From the IMG/VR virus record IMGVR_UViG_3300005239_000257: 23,614 nucleotides of DNA; one strand, written 5' to 3'. Positions 9,422-18,377 of this stretch are shown here, one piece after another; within the stretch, counting starts at the first letter, position 1, and the number at the start of each line of letters is the position of its first letter. Origin of the DNA: an uncultured virus (IMG/VR IMGVR_UViG_3300005239_000257) (lineage: Duplodnaviria > Heunggongvirae > Uroviricota > Caudoviricetes > Crassvirales). Under the pieces are notes generated by a model that saw nothing but the letters and a program-made list of their open reading frames with translations, was not told the origin of the DNA and ran no database searches. The translations under genes were made by a program, and so were the position numbers.

Positions 9422-10284
9422 TAAGTTCTATTTGATACAAAACTAGGAGGTGGTCCTGGATCTGGATAAGCAGATATTGTTTGAGGATCAATAACCTCTA
9501 TATCTTTAACAAACGTACCGTTAACCATTTTACCTGTACGTTTAGATATAACATCATAAGCAGAGCCTATACAGCTTTCTATATGTACACCTCTCATATA
9601 AGCTAAGTTAGTTAATACAACAACCATATCGCCTATAGCATCTATAACCTCAGGCTGATCATTTTTTAATAAAGCTTTAGCTAGCTCACCAGCTTCTTCT
9701 TGAAGCTTAACATATTGTGTAGTAGCATTACCCTTGTCATATAAACCTCTTTCTTTTGCCCACTCTCTAATTAATTCAAATTGATCTTGATGAGAATATA
9801 ATTTTTCTTTATGTTTTTGAAAAGGACTAGCTTCATGCATTGCTTTATTATAAATATAACAACGATTAGCATTAAACATAGAAGTTTTAACATTATCTAT
9901 AATCCACTCTATTTTATCTGTAGCATTTATATCAATAGTACCATAAGGTGTTTCCCACTGCAGATCACCTAAAAAATTACCATTAATATCTTCTTTAGAT
10001 ATTGCAAATGTAGTTGTTTGTTCTGTTACGTTTACTTTTTTCATTTCTTTATTAAATAATTTATCATAAGGTTTAATGTCTACTTTATAGCCTAAATCTT
10101 CTTGTAATGTTCTTTCAGCTTTTGCAGCTTCTTTTATATCATCTGTTTCAAATAATATTTCATACTCACCTGGTTTATAACCTTGTTCTTGTTCAACACG
10201 TTTTTTAATGTTTTTAGTACAACCTATTTTTTTACCAAGTATATGATATACTTTATACTTACCGCTTTTAATTTCTATATCCAT
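9421..10284 (-). CDS. N-terminal GIY-YIG-like domain fused to a C-terminal MazG-like NTP pyrophosphohydrolase
   Basis: N-terminal VYHI..KIGCTKNIKKR...EAAKAERTL; C-terminal WAKERGL...KLQEEAGELA...DAIGDMVV (EExxE/DxxxD metal site). Confidence 0.8.
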   Translation of the reverse strand: MDIEIKSGKYKVYHILGKKIGCTKNIKKRVEQEQGYKPGEYEILFETDDIKEAAKAERTLQEDLGYKVDIKPYDKLFNKEMKKVNVTEQTTTFAISKEDINGNFLGDLQWETPYGTIDINATDKIEWIIDNVKTSMFNANRCYIYNKAMHEASPFQKHKEKLYSHQDQFELIREWAKERGLYDKGNATTQYVKLQEEAGELAKALLKNDQPEVIDAIGDMVVVLTNLAYMRGVHIESCIGSAYDVISKRTGKMVNGTFVKDIEVIDPQTISAYPDPGPPPSFVSNRT

Positions 10285-10287
10285 TAT

Positions 10288-10557
10288 TTAAAAATTATAA
10301 TTTAATCCTCCACCGTTTGATCTTTTGATCATAGCCTCTTCAATCTCATCATTTAAACAACGCTTAGCTGCTTCAAGATATAATATAGCATCCATCATTT
10401 CTTCTTGAACATCTATAATAAATCTATTAAGATCTTTATCTTCGCCTTTAATCTCTTCCATCATAGTTGCACCGTATTTCTTTTGACCTGTTAAACTACG
10501 CTGATCCATCTTTTTTAATACAGTTTGTACTATTTCATCTTTAGTTTCTATTTGCAT
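10288..10557 (-). CDS. Small all-alpha NTP pyrophosphohydrolase-like (MazG superfamily) protein
   Basis: R..G.KKYG and QEEMMDAILY motifs. Confidence 0.6.
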   Translation of the reverse strand: MQIETKDEIVQTVLKKMDQRSLTGQKKYGATMMEEIKGEDKDLNRFIIDVQEEMMDAILYLEAAKRCLNDEIEEAMIKRSNGGGLNYNF

Positions 10558-10561
10558 ATTA

Positions 10562-11200
10562 TTATATTTTATTGTTATAAAGGTGTAAGTTATGTGCGTA
10601 ATGATAGTAATTACCTACAGGTATAGACAGTCTATCTGCAACCATTTTTTGTAGATATGAAAAACAATACTGATCAATACAAAAACCAAACCAGAGATCA
10701 TTAGATCGCATCAGAACAGCCATATTTAATTTGTTATTCAGTACAGTAAACTGAACAGCGTAAGTACAAGGTGTATCTTTACGATACTTAGCATGTTCTT
10801 TACCATCATAAATACTTATAGCTGCATGCCTAGTATCTTTGTCGTGTTTTAATTTAGCAATAACATAATCTAGTTGATAATTACGTTCCCATTGATATCC
10901 ATAATTAGAATTAACATGACGATCTATAGACATGCGTTCCCATATAGCAGGAACTTTACCATATAGCTCGCCAAGCTTATCAATATTGTTATCTCCTGAA
11001 AGATACCACTTCCATTCAGCTTCAGCATAATCTATATTAAAGTTTCGTTCTTCATTAGTTATAATATTGTCTAAAGGATTAGATATAGTAAAACCTATAT
11101 TAAACAAAGCTTTAGTATCGCCAAAGTCTACGCCATCAGATTTTATTTTAACATAAAAATAATTAAAAGCGTCGTTAGCATTGTGAAAATTAGTTTTCAT
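10562..11200 (-). CDS. Thymidylate synthase-fold enzyme, dCMP hydroxymethylase (T4 gp42)-like
   Basis: AEWKWYLS, PAIW, VNSNYG, DTPCT (catalytic Cys), MRSNDLWFGFCID with Asp at the specificity position, and HNLHLY. Start placed at MKTNF. Confidence 0.82.
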   Translation of the reverse strand: MKTNFHNANDAFNYFYVKIKSDGVDFGDTKALFNIGFTISNPLDNIITNEERNFNIDYAEAEWKWYLSGDNNIDKLGELYGKVPAIWERMSIDRHVNSNYGYQWERNYQLDYVIAKLKHDKDTRHAAISIYDGKEHAKYRKDTPCTYAVQFTVLNNKLNMAVLMRSNDLWFGFCIDQYCFSYLQKMVADRLSIPVGNYYHYAHNLHLYNNKI

Positions 11201-11492
11201 ATGATAATAATAAATATTTATATACAATTATGCTAAAGCATATATACCAAATAAAAGCAATAGCTTTACATATTAAATGATATAAAGAATTATATTTGTT
11301 GTTTTCCATAATAGTTTCTAAATTAATTAATATAGCTAATAAAAAACAAGACAATATTATTACAGCTTTTAATCCAACAACCTGTTCTACCGTAGTATAA
11401 GTGCTTAATGCTAATACTGTAAATATAACAATAAATATTGAAAGTAAAAAGCTTTTTATGCTTAAATAATTAAACTTTCTTCTGTTTATCAT
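11190..11492 (-). CDS. Putative membrane protein
   Basis: Three hydrophobic segments; fills the space between neighbours. Confidence 0.55.
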   Translation of the reverse strand: MINRRKFNYLSIKSFLLSIFIVIFTVLALSTYTTVEQVVGLKAVIILSCFLLAILINLETIMENNKYNSLYHLICKAIAFIWYICFSIIVYKYLLLSYEN

Positions 11493-11772
11493 AATAGTAT
11501 TTATATGCGTTCATAACTTCATCCCATATCTGTTTCCAGTCATACTGAAACTTAGATTTGTAAACTTTTTTATGTTTACCAGGCTCTGATATACCAACAT
11601 ACCATTTACCGGGTTTGTTAGTTACAGGAATAGGAGATATAATAATACCTTTATTAACTCCCCACATATACCACTTAGATTGTTCATCATTCATCATCCA
11701 AGTGTCGTCTAATAAAAAACCAGACTTCTTTTTCTTAGCAAGCTCTCTTGCTTTTAAAGTACCTACACTCAT
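11470..11772 (-). CDS. Hypothetical protein
   Basis: Starts directly after the primase-helicase stop. Confidence 0.75.
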   Translation of the reverse strand: MSVGTLKARELAKKKKSGFLLDDTWMMNDEQSKWYMWGVNKGIIISPIPVTNKPGKWYVGISEPGKHKKVYKSKFQYDWKQIWDEVMNAYKYYYDKQKKV

Positions 11773-13482
11773 CTATCCTTCCCAAGGCATAGAGTCTAGC
11801 TCTTGCTCGTGCGGTATGTAGTCTCCTGAGTCTTTGTTCCACTTAAAGTGTGCTTCTGCTTGGTTTTCGCCAAGATTCTGAAACTTAACTTTGAGAACTT
11901 TAACTTTAACTGTTTTATTAGTGTAATTCCTATGAACCAAAAGGCCATGATAACTAGCATCGTACCACTCACCGCCTCCTTTAATCGAGTACATTGTTGG
12001 TTCATCCATTGTTCCATCATCTTTCTTATACATTTTAGTTGGGTGAGCTACAACAATAACAAGTACATCATGCTTCTTTGCAAAAGCTTCTATACGTGTT
12101 AAGTATTCCATCGTTGCATCAGGTATACTCATTGCACTAGCTCCGTTCATTTTTACTTTATTATATGGATCTATAACTAAACACTTTATGCCTTTGCGTT
12201 TAACAAGCTCAGCACCTTTAGTTAATACAGAATCAAGATCATATCTTTCATTTTCTATAAAGTAAAAGTTATCATCTACTAGTTCTGTAACTTGATTCCA
12301 TTTGTCTGTGCCTATATCTTCTTTCTTAGGCATCCAACCTCCTATCTTACGTATTAGCTTATGCGTGTGTAAGAATGTAGGTTTATTCTCTGGTGAAGCA
12401 AATGCGGTTTTCCAACCGTATTTCATTTGGTATCCCACCACCATTCTATCAACAAAGTCAGACTTCCCACTGCTAGGAACGCCTGTAACGGTGATGAATT
12501 GTCCCGTATAAGTAGAGAATATGCTATCAAAGTTATTAAGGCCGACTTGATACCCAGGTTTAAAGCCTTCATGAATAAATTCTTGTAGTTCATCGTTTAC
12601 ATCTTTTAAAGTTACTACGTTTTCAAGAGGAACAGGACTAGCTGTATCAACAAGACGCTTGAGCATAGTATCGCCGTAGCGTAACATATATTCATTAGCA
12701 TCTTTGCAGTCGTTAAAGTTAATTGTATAACATACTTCTGCTCCGAAACGTCTGATAAGTTCTTGTTGTAGGTTTTGTCCTGCTTCATCTTGGTCAACTG
12801 CGATGATAATTTTGGATTTGTCATCGAAATATTCAATGCAATTATCAAGGTAGTCAAGGTTAAGGCGATTAAGAGTAGCTCCGTTTGGTACACTGACCAC
12901 ACTATCGACTTTAGCATCCACAAAAGATAAAGCATCCATTTCGCCCTCCACAATAACAACATAATCGTGGCCAACAGTACTATCGATATTATAGAATACT
13001 TTTTCTGCGCCTTTAACAAGTTTAAAGTTTTTTCTACCATCTCTATATTTTATATTTATAAGTTCGTTATTAATAAAATAATTAAATTGAATAGTATTTT
13101 CAACTTTAGAGGTTTGTGGCATCCACTCAGAACCTTCAGATATTCTCATCTTAATAAGTGTTCGTTGTGAGATGCCTCTGTCCTCAAACCATTTAACAGC
13201 TTTATCGCTTATAAGTACATTGTTATGCCATTCAGGCTTTGTATATACTTTATTTACATCACCCTTACGTTGAAAGGTATGCAGTTGAAATACTTCATCA
13301 CAATTCATACAAGTACCAAGACCACGTTCCCAATCGTACATAGCACATTTTGCTTTACGATTCTCAGGTTTTCTATCAGCAGAGCAAAGAGGACATATGC
13401 CCTCTTTTTTCCCTACTTCAAGGTCATACTGATTGAACTGGTCAATAGTAAATCCGTTGATCTCTGTATTGTTAACTGTCAT
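11773..13482 (-). CDS. DNA primase-helicase (T7 gp4 / Twinkle-like)
   Basis: Zn-binding CPLC...CMNC; TOPRIM VEGEMDA, SVPNGA, DQD, KDANE; Walker A GVPSSGKS; VIDPYN; VAHP. Confidence 0.95.
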   Translation of the reverse strand: MTVNNTEINGFTIDQFNQYDLEVGKKEGICPLCSADRKPENRKAKCAMYDWERGLGTCMNCDEVFQLHTFQRKGDVNKVYTKPEWHNNVLISDKAVKWFEDRGISQRTLIKMRISEGSEWMPQTSKVENTIQFNYFINNELINIKYRDGRKNFKLVKGAEKVFYNIDSTVGHDYVVIVEGEMDALSFVDAKVDSVVSVPNGATLNRLNLDYLDNCIEYFDDKSKIIIAVDQDEAGQNLQQELIRRFGAEVCYTINFNDCKDANEYMLRYGDTMLKRLVDTASPVPLENVVTLKDVNDELQEFIHEGFKPGYQVGLNNFDSIFSTYTGQFITVTGVPSSGKSDFVDRMVVGYQMKYGWKTAFASPENKPTFLHTHKLIRKIGGWMPKKEDIGTDKWNQVTELVDDNFYFIENERYDLDSVLTKGAELVKRKGIKCLVIDPYNKVKMNGASAMSIPDATMEYLTRIEAFAKKHDVLVIVVAHPTKMYKKDDGTMDEPTMYSIKGGGEWYDASYHGLLVHRNYTNKTVKVKVLKVKFQNLGENQAEAHFKWNKDSGDYIPHEQELDSMPWEG

Positions 13483-13483
13483 A

Positions 13484-13564
13484 TTAGTCTTCTATTGAGT
13501 TGTTATCTTCTCCTGCATCAGCAATCCAATCATCCCAATCTCTTGAGGAAGGTCTCAACCACAT
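13484..13564 (-). CDS. Possible acidic micropeptide (26 aa, MWLRPSSRDWDDW...)
   Basis: ATG overlaps the SSB stop (TAATG); its stop lies 1 nt before the primase ATG. Confidence 0.4.
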   Translation of the reverse strand: MWLRPSSRDWDDWIADAGEDNNSIED

Positions 13565-13893
13565 TAAAATGGTAGATCAGGTTCTGAACCAGCACTTGAT
13601 ATACTCTGTAGTATTTCAACATTATCACGCTGAGGTTCTCCTTCTCTAGGAGTAACAGGCACGTTCTCGCCGTTAGTCCATACAACCTTTACATTACCTA
13701 AAAAAGTCTTAGGTGCTTTAGCATCTCTTTCCTCTTTAGTCTGTTCAGTTTGTATATAACCTGTATCACCATACTGACCTAACTCATCATTAAGTACAAT
13801 AGTAATAGGATAATACTTACCTTTTTTGCCTTCATAGATCTTAGACTTATCAATCTTAGTTAGATCAATGTTAGCTGAAATTAAACTTGCCAT
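13564..13893 (-). CDS. Putative single-stranded DNA-binding protein
   Basis: Beta-rich N-terminal part; flexible tail ending DLPF; lies between the recombinase/exonuclease pair and the helicase. Confidence 0.7.
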   Translation of the reverse strand: MASLISANIDLTKIDKSKIYEGKKGKYYPITIVLNDELGQYGDTGYIQTEQTKEERDAKAPKTFLGNVKVVWTNGENVPVTPREGEPQRDNVEILQSISSAGSEPDLPF

Positions 13894-14061
13894 TTAGTAT
13901 GTATTTATAGTGTTAAACATTCTTCGCATCTGATCTTTTGTAGCACCAGTAGTTCTACGTAGATTATCTACAGCTTTAGTATGCGATTGGTTGCTGTAAA
14001 AATTATTTATGCTTGTGTTAACTCCTGTTACATCACAAACTCTTTTTCTTGTTCTTGCCAT
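13894..14061 (-). CDS. Hypothetical basic protein (55 aa, MARTRKRVCDVTG...)
   Basis: Manual translation; its stop abuts the SSB ATG. Confidence 0.65.
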   Translation of the reverse strand: MARTRKRVCDVTGVNTSINNFYSNQSHTKAVDNLRRTTGATKDQMRRMFNTINTY

Positions 14062-14070
14062 AAAATTAAA

Positions 14071-14802
14071 TTAAAGTGTTTTGGAGATATAATATTGGCT
14101 AAAATCTCCTTCGCCATTTACAAAAAACTCATTATAAGCTTGTACAGCTCTAGCAACTTTGTTCTGACCTGATTGTAAGAACTGATCGCTACAGTCAAAT
14201 AAACCTAGTTGCATAGTCTTTTTATCTACAACTATAAATATAAGTTCATAGCCAAACATCTTAGAATAGATGTAAGCTTGACTATCATAATTATACTTAT
14301 AAGCTGAACTAGCAAATGAGTTTATATTGTTTGTTGTTTTAAGATCTACTATTAGTTGATGGCTATGATTTATAATATCAGCTTTACCTTTCCATTGTAA
14401 GTCTTCAAGCTTAGTAACTCCAGGTACCTCATATTCAACATCGCCTTCACGTATCATATCATAAAACAACTCGTTCTCTAGTACTTTCTCTCGCATCAAC
14501 TCAATGTTATCAGCCTCGTGTTCTAGCAGACATATATCGCCTCCAGACAACTCCTTATAAGCTTTTGTATTTCTAGTTGATGATTTTATTATCTTATACT
14601 TATCGAGCTTCTCAGGCTCTAGTATAGTAGTATGGAAATAACCTCCAACAACAAACGCAGGGTTTGGTGGTGACGGCTTTTTAAAATCAAGAGGGTTATT
14701 TAACAACGCTGATATATCACTGTTACTTAAATATTGTTTACCGAAGTCTCCGTAATAATTCTCGTCGTCTCTTAACTTCTCTATTATTTGTTTGTTATCC
14801 AT
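14071..14802 (-). CDS. PD-(D/E)XK exonuclease (exonuclease VIII / DUF3799-like)
   Basis: YLSNS, G.YFHTTILEP, KGKADII, VDLKTT and YDSQAYIY motifs. Confidence 0.85.
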   Translation of the reverse strand: MDNKQIIEKLRDDENYYGDFGKQYLSNSDISALLNNPLDFKKPSPPNPAFVVGGYFHTTILEPEKLDKYKIIKSSTRNTKAYKELSGGDICLLEHEADNIELMREKVLENELFYDMIREGDVEYEVPGVTKLEDLQWKGKADIINHSHQLIVDLKTTNNINSFASSAYKYNYDSQAYIYSKMFGYELIFIVVDKKTMQLGLFDCSDQFLQSGQNKVARAVQAYNEFFVNGEGDFSQYYISKTL

Positions 14803-15382
14803 TAAGTTCTGTTAAAGCCTCAGCCGTTATACTATATTTTTCTTGAAGCGTTTTCATAAGACCTCCGTTAGCTATAAACTTTTTAGCTTGATCAATGTTC
14901 TTCATATCAATAACAGGCTTTTTACTAGCTATTATTTTATCTTCAAGAGCATTAACTTGAGCTTTAAGCGTTTGTCTTGCTGTAGGCTTATCATGTGTAT
15001 TAGTTGCATCTGAGTCAGCTGTATCATCTATTAATAATAGATTACCTAAAGCATATTTCTTGCCATAAGATGATGCTGAACCAAACTTCTGAGGCATTTG
15101 CATACCTTTCTGATTAAGATCAATACCAACTACAGCTGTGCCTTCTATTTGATCGCCGGTTTCAGCGTCAACAATAGTAGCTGTACTATGTAGTATTGGA
15201 AAGTCACCTAGTGTTAGGTTTTCTCTTATTGTAAAGTAAACTCCATGTTCTTTATTATAAGGCTTTAATGCCTCTAATATATCTTCAGCAGATCTAAACA
15301 TGTAATTACCAAAGCTATTTTTTCTAGACTTTTTAGCTTTGAACTCTGCTTGTATTGTACTAAGTTTTTCTCTAATGTTCAT
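14795..15382 (-). CDS. ERF-family ssDNA-annealing recombinase
   Basis: KNSFGNYMFRSAEDILEALKP and QKFGSASSYGKKYAL..LL.IDD..DSD motifs. Confidence 0.9.
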   Translation of the reverse strand: MNIREKLSTIQAEFKAKKSRKNSFGNYMFRSAEDILEALKPYNKEHGVYFTIRENLTLGDFPILHSTATIVDAETGDQIEGTAVVGIDLNQKGMQMPQKFGSASSYGKKYALGNLLLIDDTADSDATNTHDKPTARQTLKAQVNALEDKIIASKKPVIDMKNIDQAKKFIANGGLMKTLQEKYSITAEALTELNG

Positions 15383-15485
15383 TTGATTGAATTATTTCGT
15401 AGTTAATATACATACCGTTTTTATAGTACGTCCTGATACCATCACCCTCGGTGTATGTATCAATGTCTGTTATATAATCTTTCAT
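15372..15485 (-). CDS. Hypothetical protein (37 aa, MKDYITDIDTY...)
   Basis: Manual translation; fills the gap. Confidence 0.45.
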   Translation of the reverse strand: MKDYITDIDTYTEGDGIRTYYKNGMYINYEIIQSNEH

Positions 15486-15486
15486 A

Positions 15487-15852
15487 CTAATAGATTAAAT
15501 CATATATAACTTTATCTTTCTTAAACAACCTACGTTTAGCGTAGTTGTCTATCTTGCCAAATACAGTGTGACCATCAACTAGGTCATTATTGTATTGATC
15601 ATACTCATTATATATTTTAGCTTTTGTTGACACACCTTTGCCTGTTAATTGATAACTGTTTATAGGTATATACTTACCTGATGAAACTGGTGATACAATG
15701 CTAAAATTATAATTTGCCTGTTTTTCTCTAGGCGCATTATCTTTATAAGGACTAGGAGGTGAATCCCCTTGCCTTACATATTGTAATTCGTCAATAGCTG
15801 TGAAACAGCTTTTATATTTAGTCTTAAACTTATACATAGTATTATAGTGCAA
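15487..15852 (-). CDS. Hypothetical protein
   Basis: ORF track; same orientation as the operon. Confidence 0.65.
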   Translation of the reverse strand: MHYNTMYKFKTKYKSCFTAIDELQYVRQGDSPPSPYKDNAPREKQANYNFSIVSPVSSGKYIPINSYQLTGKGVSTKAKIYNEYDQYNNDLVDGHTVFGKIDNYAKRRLFKKDKVIYDLIY

Positions 15853-15870
15853 TTATTTGTTAAAGGGACC

Positions 15871-16647
15871 TTAATCCTGATATATTTTTAAATTTGTTGC
15901 AGAGTACTCATGTACCTTTGACTGCGAACGTATACCATTAGTAGAAACATAGTAAGCTAATTCATTTAAAGCATCTTCGTTATTTTTTAGTCTTGTCAAT
16001 AACCTTTGCTTTTGTTTCTTTACGCTTTCCATGTTACCTCCATAATATTTAGCAATTTCAGCTATCTTTTTAGGTTTAGAATATATATCATCTAAACCAT
16101 AAAACATTTGCATCATGCCTGAATACTTGGGTATGTACTTTTGTAACCAACCTATAAGATAATCACCTAGTTTATCATGTTCATAATTATATATGTCATC
16201 TTCAACTATAGCAATAACATCGCTGTCAAACCATTGAGGAAATAATACAGAGATAAAACCAAAACCATTTGTATGTCTTTTTTTATCTTTATTATTCCAT
16301 ATACCTTTTATAGGTCTACCAGATCCATCGACGTTTTCTTTTATTCTATCACCTACAATACCTTTAATGCTGATACTCAAGAACTTACTAACTGTTTTAT
16401 TCTTGTCTAATTTTGATTCAAGCTTATTTATATAAGTCCAATCAACATTACTCCAAGCTGTTAGTAGTGCTAAATACGCCTCTTGATTTAAATCATTAAT
16501 ATTCATAACACCAATAGCTGAATAGTCTTTTGAATAACTATTTGCTATTTTAGTAGCCATCTTAAAATAATCAGATGGTATATTAGATTTTATATCATTA
16601 ACTGTTTGTCGGTTGATAGCATATATTTTCTTATTAAAATTTTTCAT
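15871..16647 (-). CDS. Phage-encoded sigma70-family RNA polymerase sigma factor
   Basis: Region 2-like MATKIANSY...NDLNQEAYLALLTA; region 4 HTH-like MFYGL...KIAEIAKYYGGNMESVKKQKQRLLTRLK. Confidence 0.8.
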   Translation of the reverse strand: MKNFNKKIYAINRQTVNDIKSNIPSDYFKMATKIANSYSKDYSAIGVMNINDLNQEAYLALLTAWSNVDWTYINKLESKLDKNKTVSKFLSISIKGIVGDRIKENVDGSGRPIKGIWNNKDKKRHTNGFGFISVLFPQWFDSDVIAIVEDDIYNYEHDKLGDYLIGWLQKYIPKYSGMMQMFYGLDDIYSKPKKIAEIAKYYGGNMESVKKQKQRLLTRLKNNEDALNELAYYVSTNGIRSQSKVHEYSATNLKIYQD

Positions 16648-16859
16648 ATATGTAATAATTTTAATCTTCTACTATATTTTCTTATCAGAGCTGCTTTATG
16701 TTTAAGCTCTCGTACAGGTATTCTATTTCTAGCTTCACCTGTTAATACTATTTCTATAATCTCTTCACGTAGAGAGTAAATTTGATTCCAAAGATACTCT
16801 CTATGTTTAGAAGCTCTAGATCTAGTGTCAATTCTTACGTTGCCTATTTTTATTAGCAT
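16644..16859 (-). CDS. Hypothetical basic protein
   Basis: Track ORF 16644..16883; likely start at MLIKIG; ATGA overlap with the sigma gene. Confidence 0.6.
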   Translation of the reverse strand: MLIKIGNVRIDTRSRASKHREYLWNQIYSLREEIIEIVLTGEARNRIPVRELKHKAALIRKYSRRLKLLHI

Positions 16860-16950
16860 CTTTCTTTGGTTTTCTAAATGCATTTACCTTAGATCGTATG
16901 CTAAATACATCGGTTGCTATAAAGTGTTTATATATTTGATATCTATTCAT
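16828..16950 (-). CDS. Hypothetical basic protein (40 aa, MNRYQIYKHF...)
   Basis: Manual translation; ATG 1 nt after the upstream stop. Confidence 0.5.
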   Translation of the reverse strand: MNRYQIYKHFIATDVFSIRSKVNAFRKPKKDANKNRQRKN

Positions 16951-16951
16951 A

Positions 16952-17119
16952 TTATACGTAATTCCAGAATGAGTCTATTTTTTCTATATAAGTTAAACCA
17001 CCTTGATTAAAATGTAGGTTTTTATGCTTGTCAAAGCTAGGTGGTATTTCACCTACAGCATAAGGTTTAAATTCAATTACTTCTCCAGTTGTTAAACTTC
17101 TTAGTTTTCTTGTTTTCAT
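16952..17119 (-). CDS. Hypothetical protein (55 aa, MKTRKLRSLTTG...)
   Basis: Manual translation; TAATG coupling with the upstream ORF. Confidence 0.6.
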   Translation of the reverse strand: MKTRKLRSLTTGEVIEFKPYAVGEIPPSFDKHKNLHFNQGGLTYIEKIDSFWNYV

Positions 17120-17256
17120 TAATATAAAGGTTTAGTTAAATTTTCTTCTGTTTCCCAATGCTCAAAGATGTGTTCACCTGTTGAGTCATCAATATAATAT
17201 GTTCTATCACGTATAGTGATAAACACACAGTCTTCTGTTCTTACATCTATTATCAT
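17119..17256 (-). CDS. Hypothetical protein (45 aa, MIIDVRTEDCVF...)
   Basis: Manual translation; starts 1 nt after the ligase stop. Confidence 0.6.
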   Translation of the reverse strand: MIIDVRTEDCVFITIRDRTYYIDDSTGEHIFEHWETEENLTKPLY

Positions 17257-17257
17257 A

Positions 17258-18094
17258 TTATTCGTAGTTTCTGATTGATTTAAATAGTGGATGTCTGTAT
17301 GAACCTGATGGCGTACGTTGAAAGTATGTGAACGTAGCTGTTTTGCCTATGTACCACTCGGCAATGTCATACATTTTTGTTAGTACAGGCATTTTATCCA
17401 TCACTGGCATTCCGAACTCGTTACCGTCAGCGTCTCGTGCAAGAAATTTGCCGATCGTGCCAGTACGTTTGCCTTGGCCTTCCACCCAGCCGATGATCGT
17501 CGCTTCGGTGTCGTGGAACTCTTTGTATTTTTGTAAATTGTAACTGCGTTTTTGTTCATATGGTTTGTTATTACGTAATATTGCGCCTTCGTAGCCTTGT
17601 TTAGTAGTAAACTGATAATACATTAGTCTTGCTGTAACATCGTTTTGAACTTGGTAAGTCTCAACTGTTTTACAGTATTGTAATGTAAACTCTTTGTGTA
17701 AGTTTTTAATGCTTTCATTGCGATACTCAAAACTATTATCAGGCGTATCAGGCATGAATATGTCATAGTTGTGAAATTGTATTGCTTTAGCTTCTTCAAT
17801 ATCAGCATCAGATGGTAATTGTTTACGTACGAGAGAGATAATCTTGTTGAAGTTATCTTTGTAATCGTGATTGTATAACTCACCGTCTAGTACAACGTGA
17901 GGATACTTGTTAAACAATGGTCGTAGTTCATCTAGTATATGCTGAACGTTCATAAATCGTTTGTGGTTACGTGAGAACGCACCGTGGTAAGTAATGTAAC
18001 AGCGTACACCATCGAGCTTCGGTTGTATAAAAGAATCTTTGTCAAATTCTTTTTTACCTACAGGATGTGCAAGCATTACCTTAAAGTTTGTCAT
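17258..18094 (-). CDS. ATP-dependent DNA ligase
   Basis: QPKLDGVRC (adenylated Lys), LDGELY, EGAILR, KYKEFHDTE and C-terminal OB-fold RHP. Start at MTNFK is likely. Confidence 0.95.
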   Translation of the reverse strand: MTNFKVMLAHPVGKKEFDKDSFIQPKLDGVRCYITYHGAFSRNHKRFMNVQHILDELRPLFNKYPHVVLDGELYNHDYKDNFNKIISLVRKQLPSDADIEEAKAIQFHNYDIFMPDTPDNSFEYRNESIKNLHKEFTLQYCKTVETYQVQNDVTARLMYYQFTTKQGYEGAILRNNKPYEQKRSYNLQKYKEFHDTEATIIGWVEGQGKRTGTIGKFLARDADGNEFGMPVMDKMPVLTKMYDIAEWYIGKTATFTYFQRTPSGSYRHPLFKSIRNYE

Positions 18095-18377
18095 AGTCTG
18101 CTTTGATTTTATCATATATTTCTTGTAATTCTTGTAATAATTCGTATTTTTCCTCTTGTATTAACTTTTCTTTAGTTAACATCAGTTCTGTAAGCTGTCT
18201 AGCAAGCGTGTCTTTTTCGCTATACTTAGGATTACCGAAAGCATCCACATCTTTGTGTAGAAACTCCTCGGCAGGCATTACATTAAAGTTAGGATCTTGA
18301 TCTAGCTTAAAATGTAAGTTGTTTAGTACTTTATTTGCTATCATATCAGATAGCTCTTCTAATTGTTCAGGCGTCAT
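18081..18377 (-). CDS. Hypothetical protein (C-terminal UVR-like EEKYE motif)
   Basis: ORF track; overlaps its neighbours. Confidence 0.7.
   Translation of the reverse strand: MTPEQLEELSDMIANKVLNNLHFKLDQDPNFNVMPAEEFLHKDVDAFGNPKYSEKDTLARQLTELMLTKEKLIQEEKYELLQELQEIYDKIKADYDKL

Noticed and set aside
10562..11227. Canonical thyA
   Set aside because: Asp rather than Asn at the specificity position, plus gp42-like motifs.
16948..16960. TATAAT -10 box
   Set aside because: Explained by the GTA-TAA-T-ATG stop/start junction; no upstream box.
4909..18115. Stop-codon reassignment, introns or inteins
   Set aside because: Conserved genes are intact and of compact length under code 11; TAA, TAG and TGA all end genes.
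180..18300. Antisense or alternate-frame track ORFs (e.g. 180..494, 1089..1280, 3984..4169, 5249..5581, 5886..6248, 6215..6535, 7012..7332, 12615..13040, 13225..13575, 17328..17543)
   Set aside because: They shadow well-supported genes and show no recognisable motifs.
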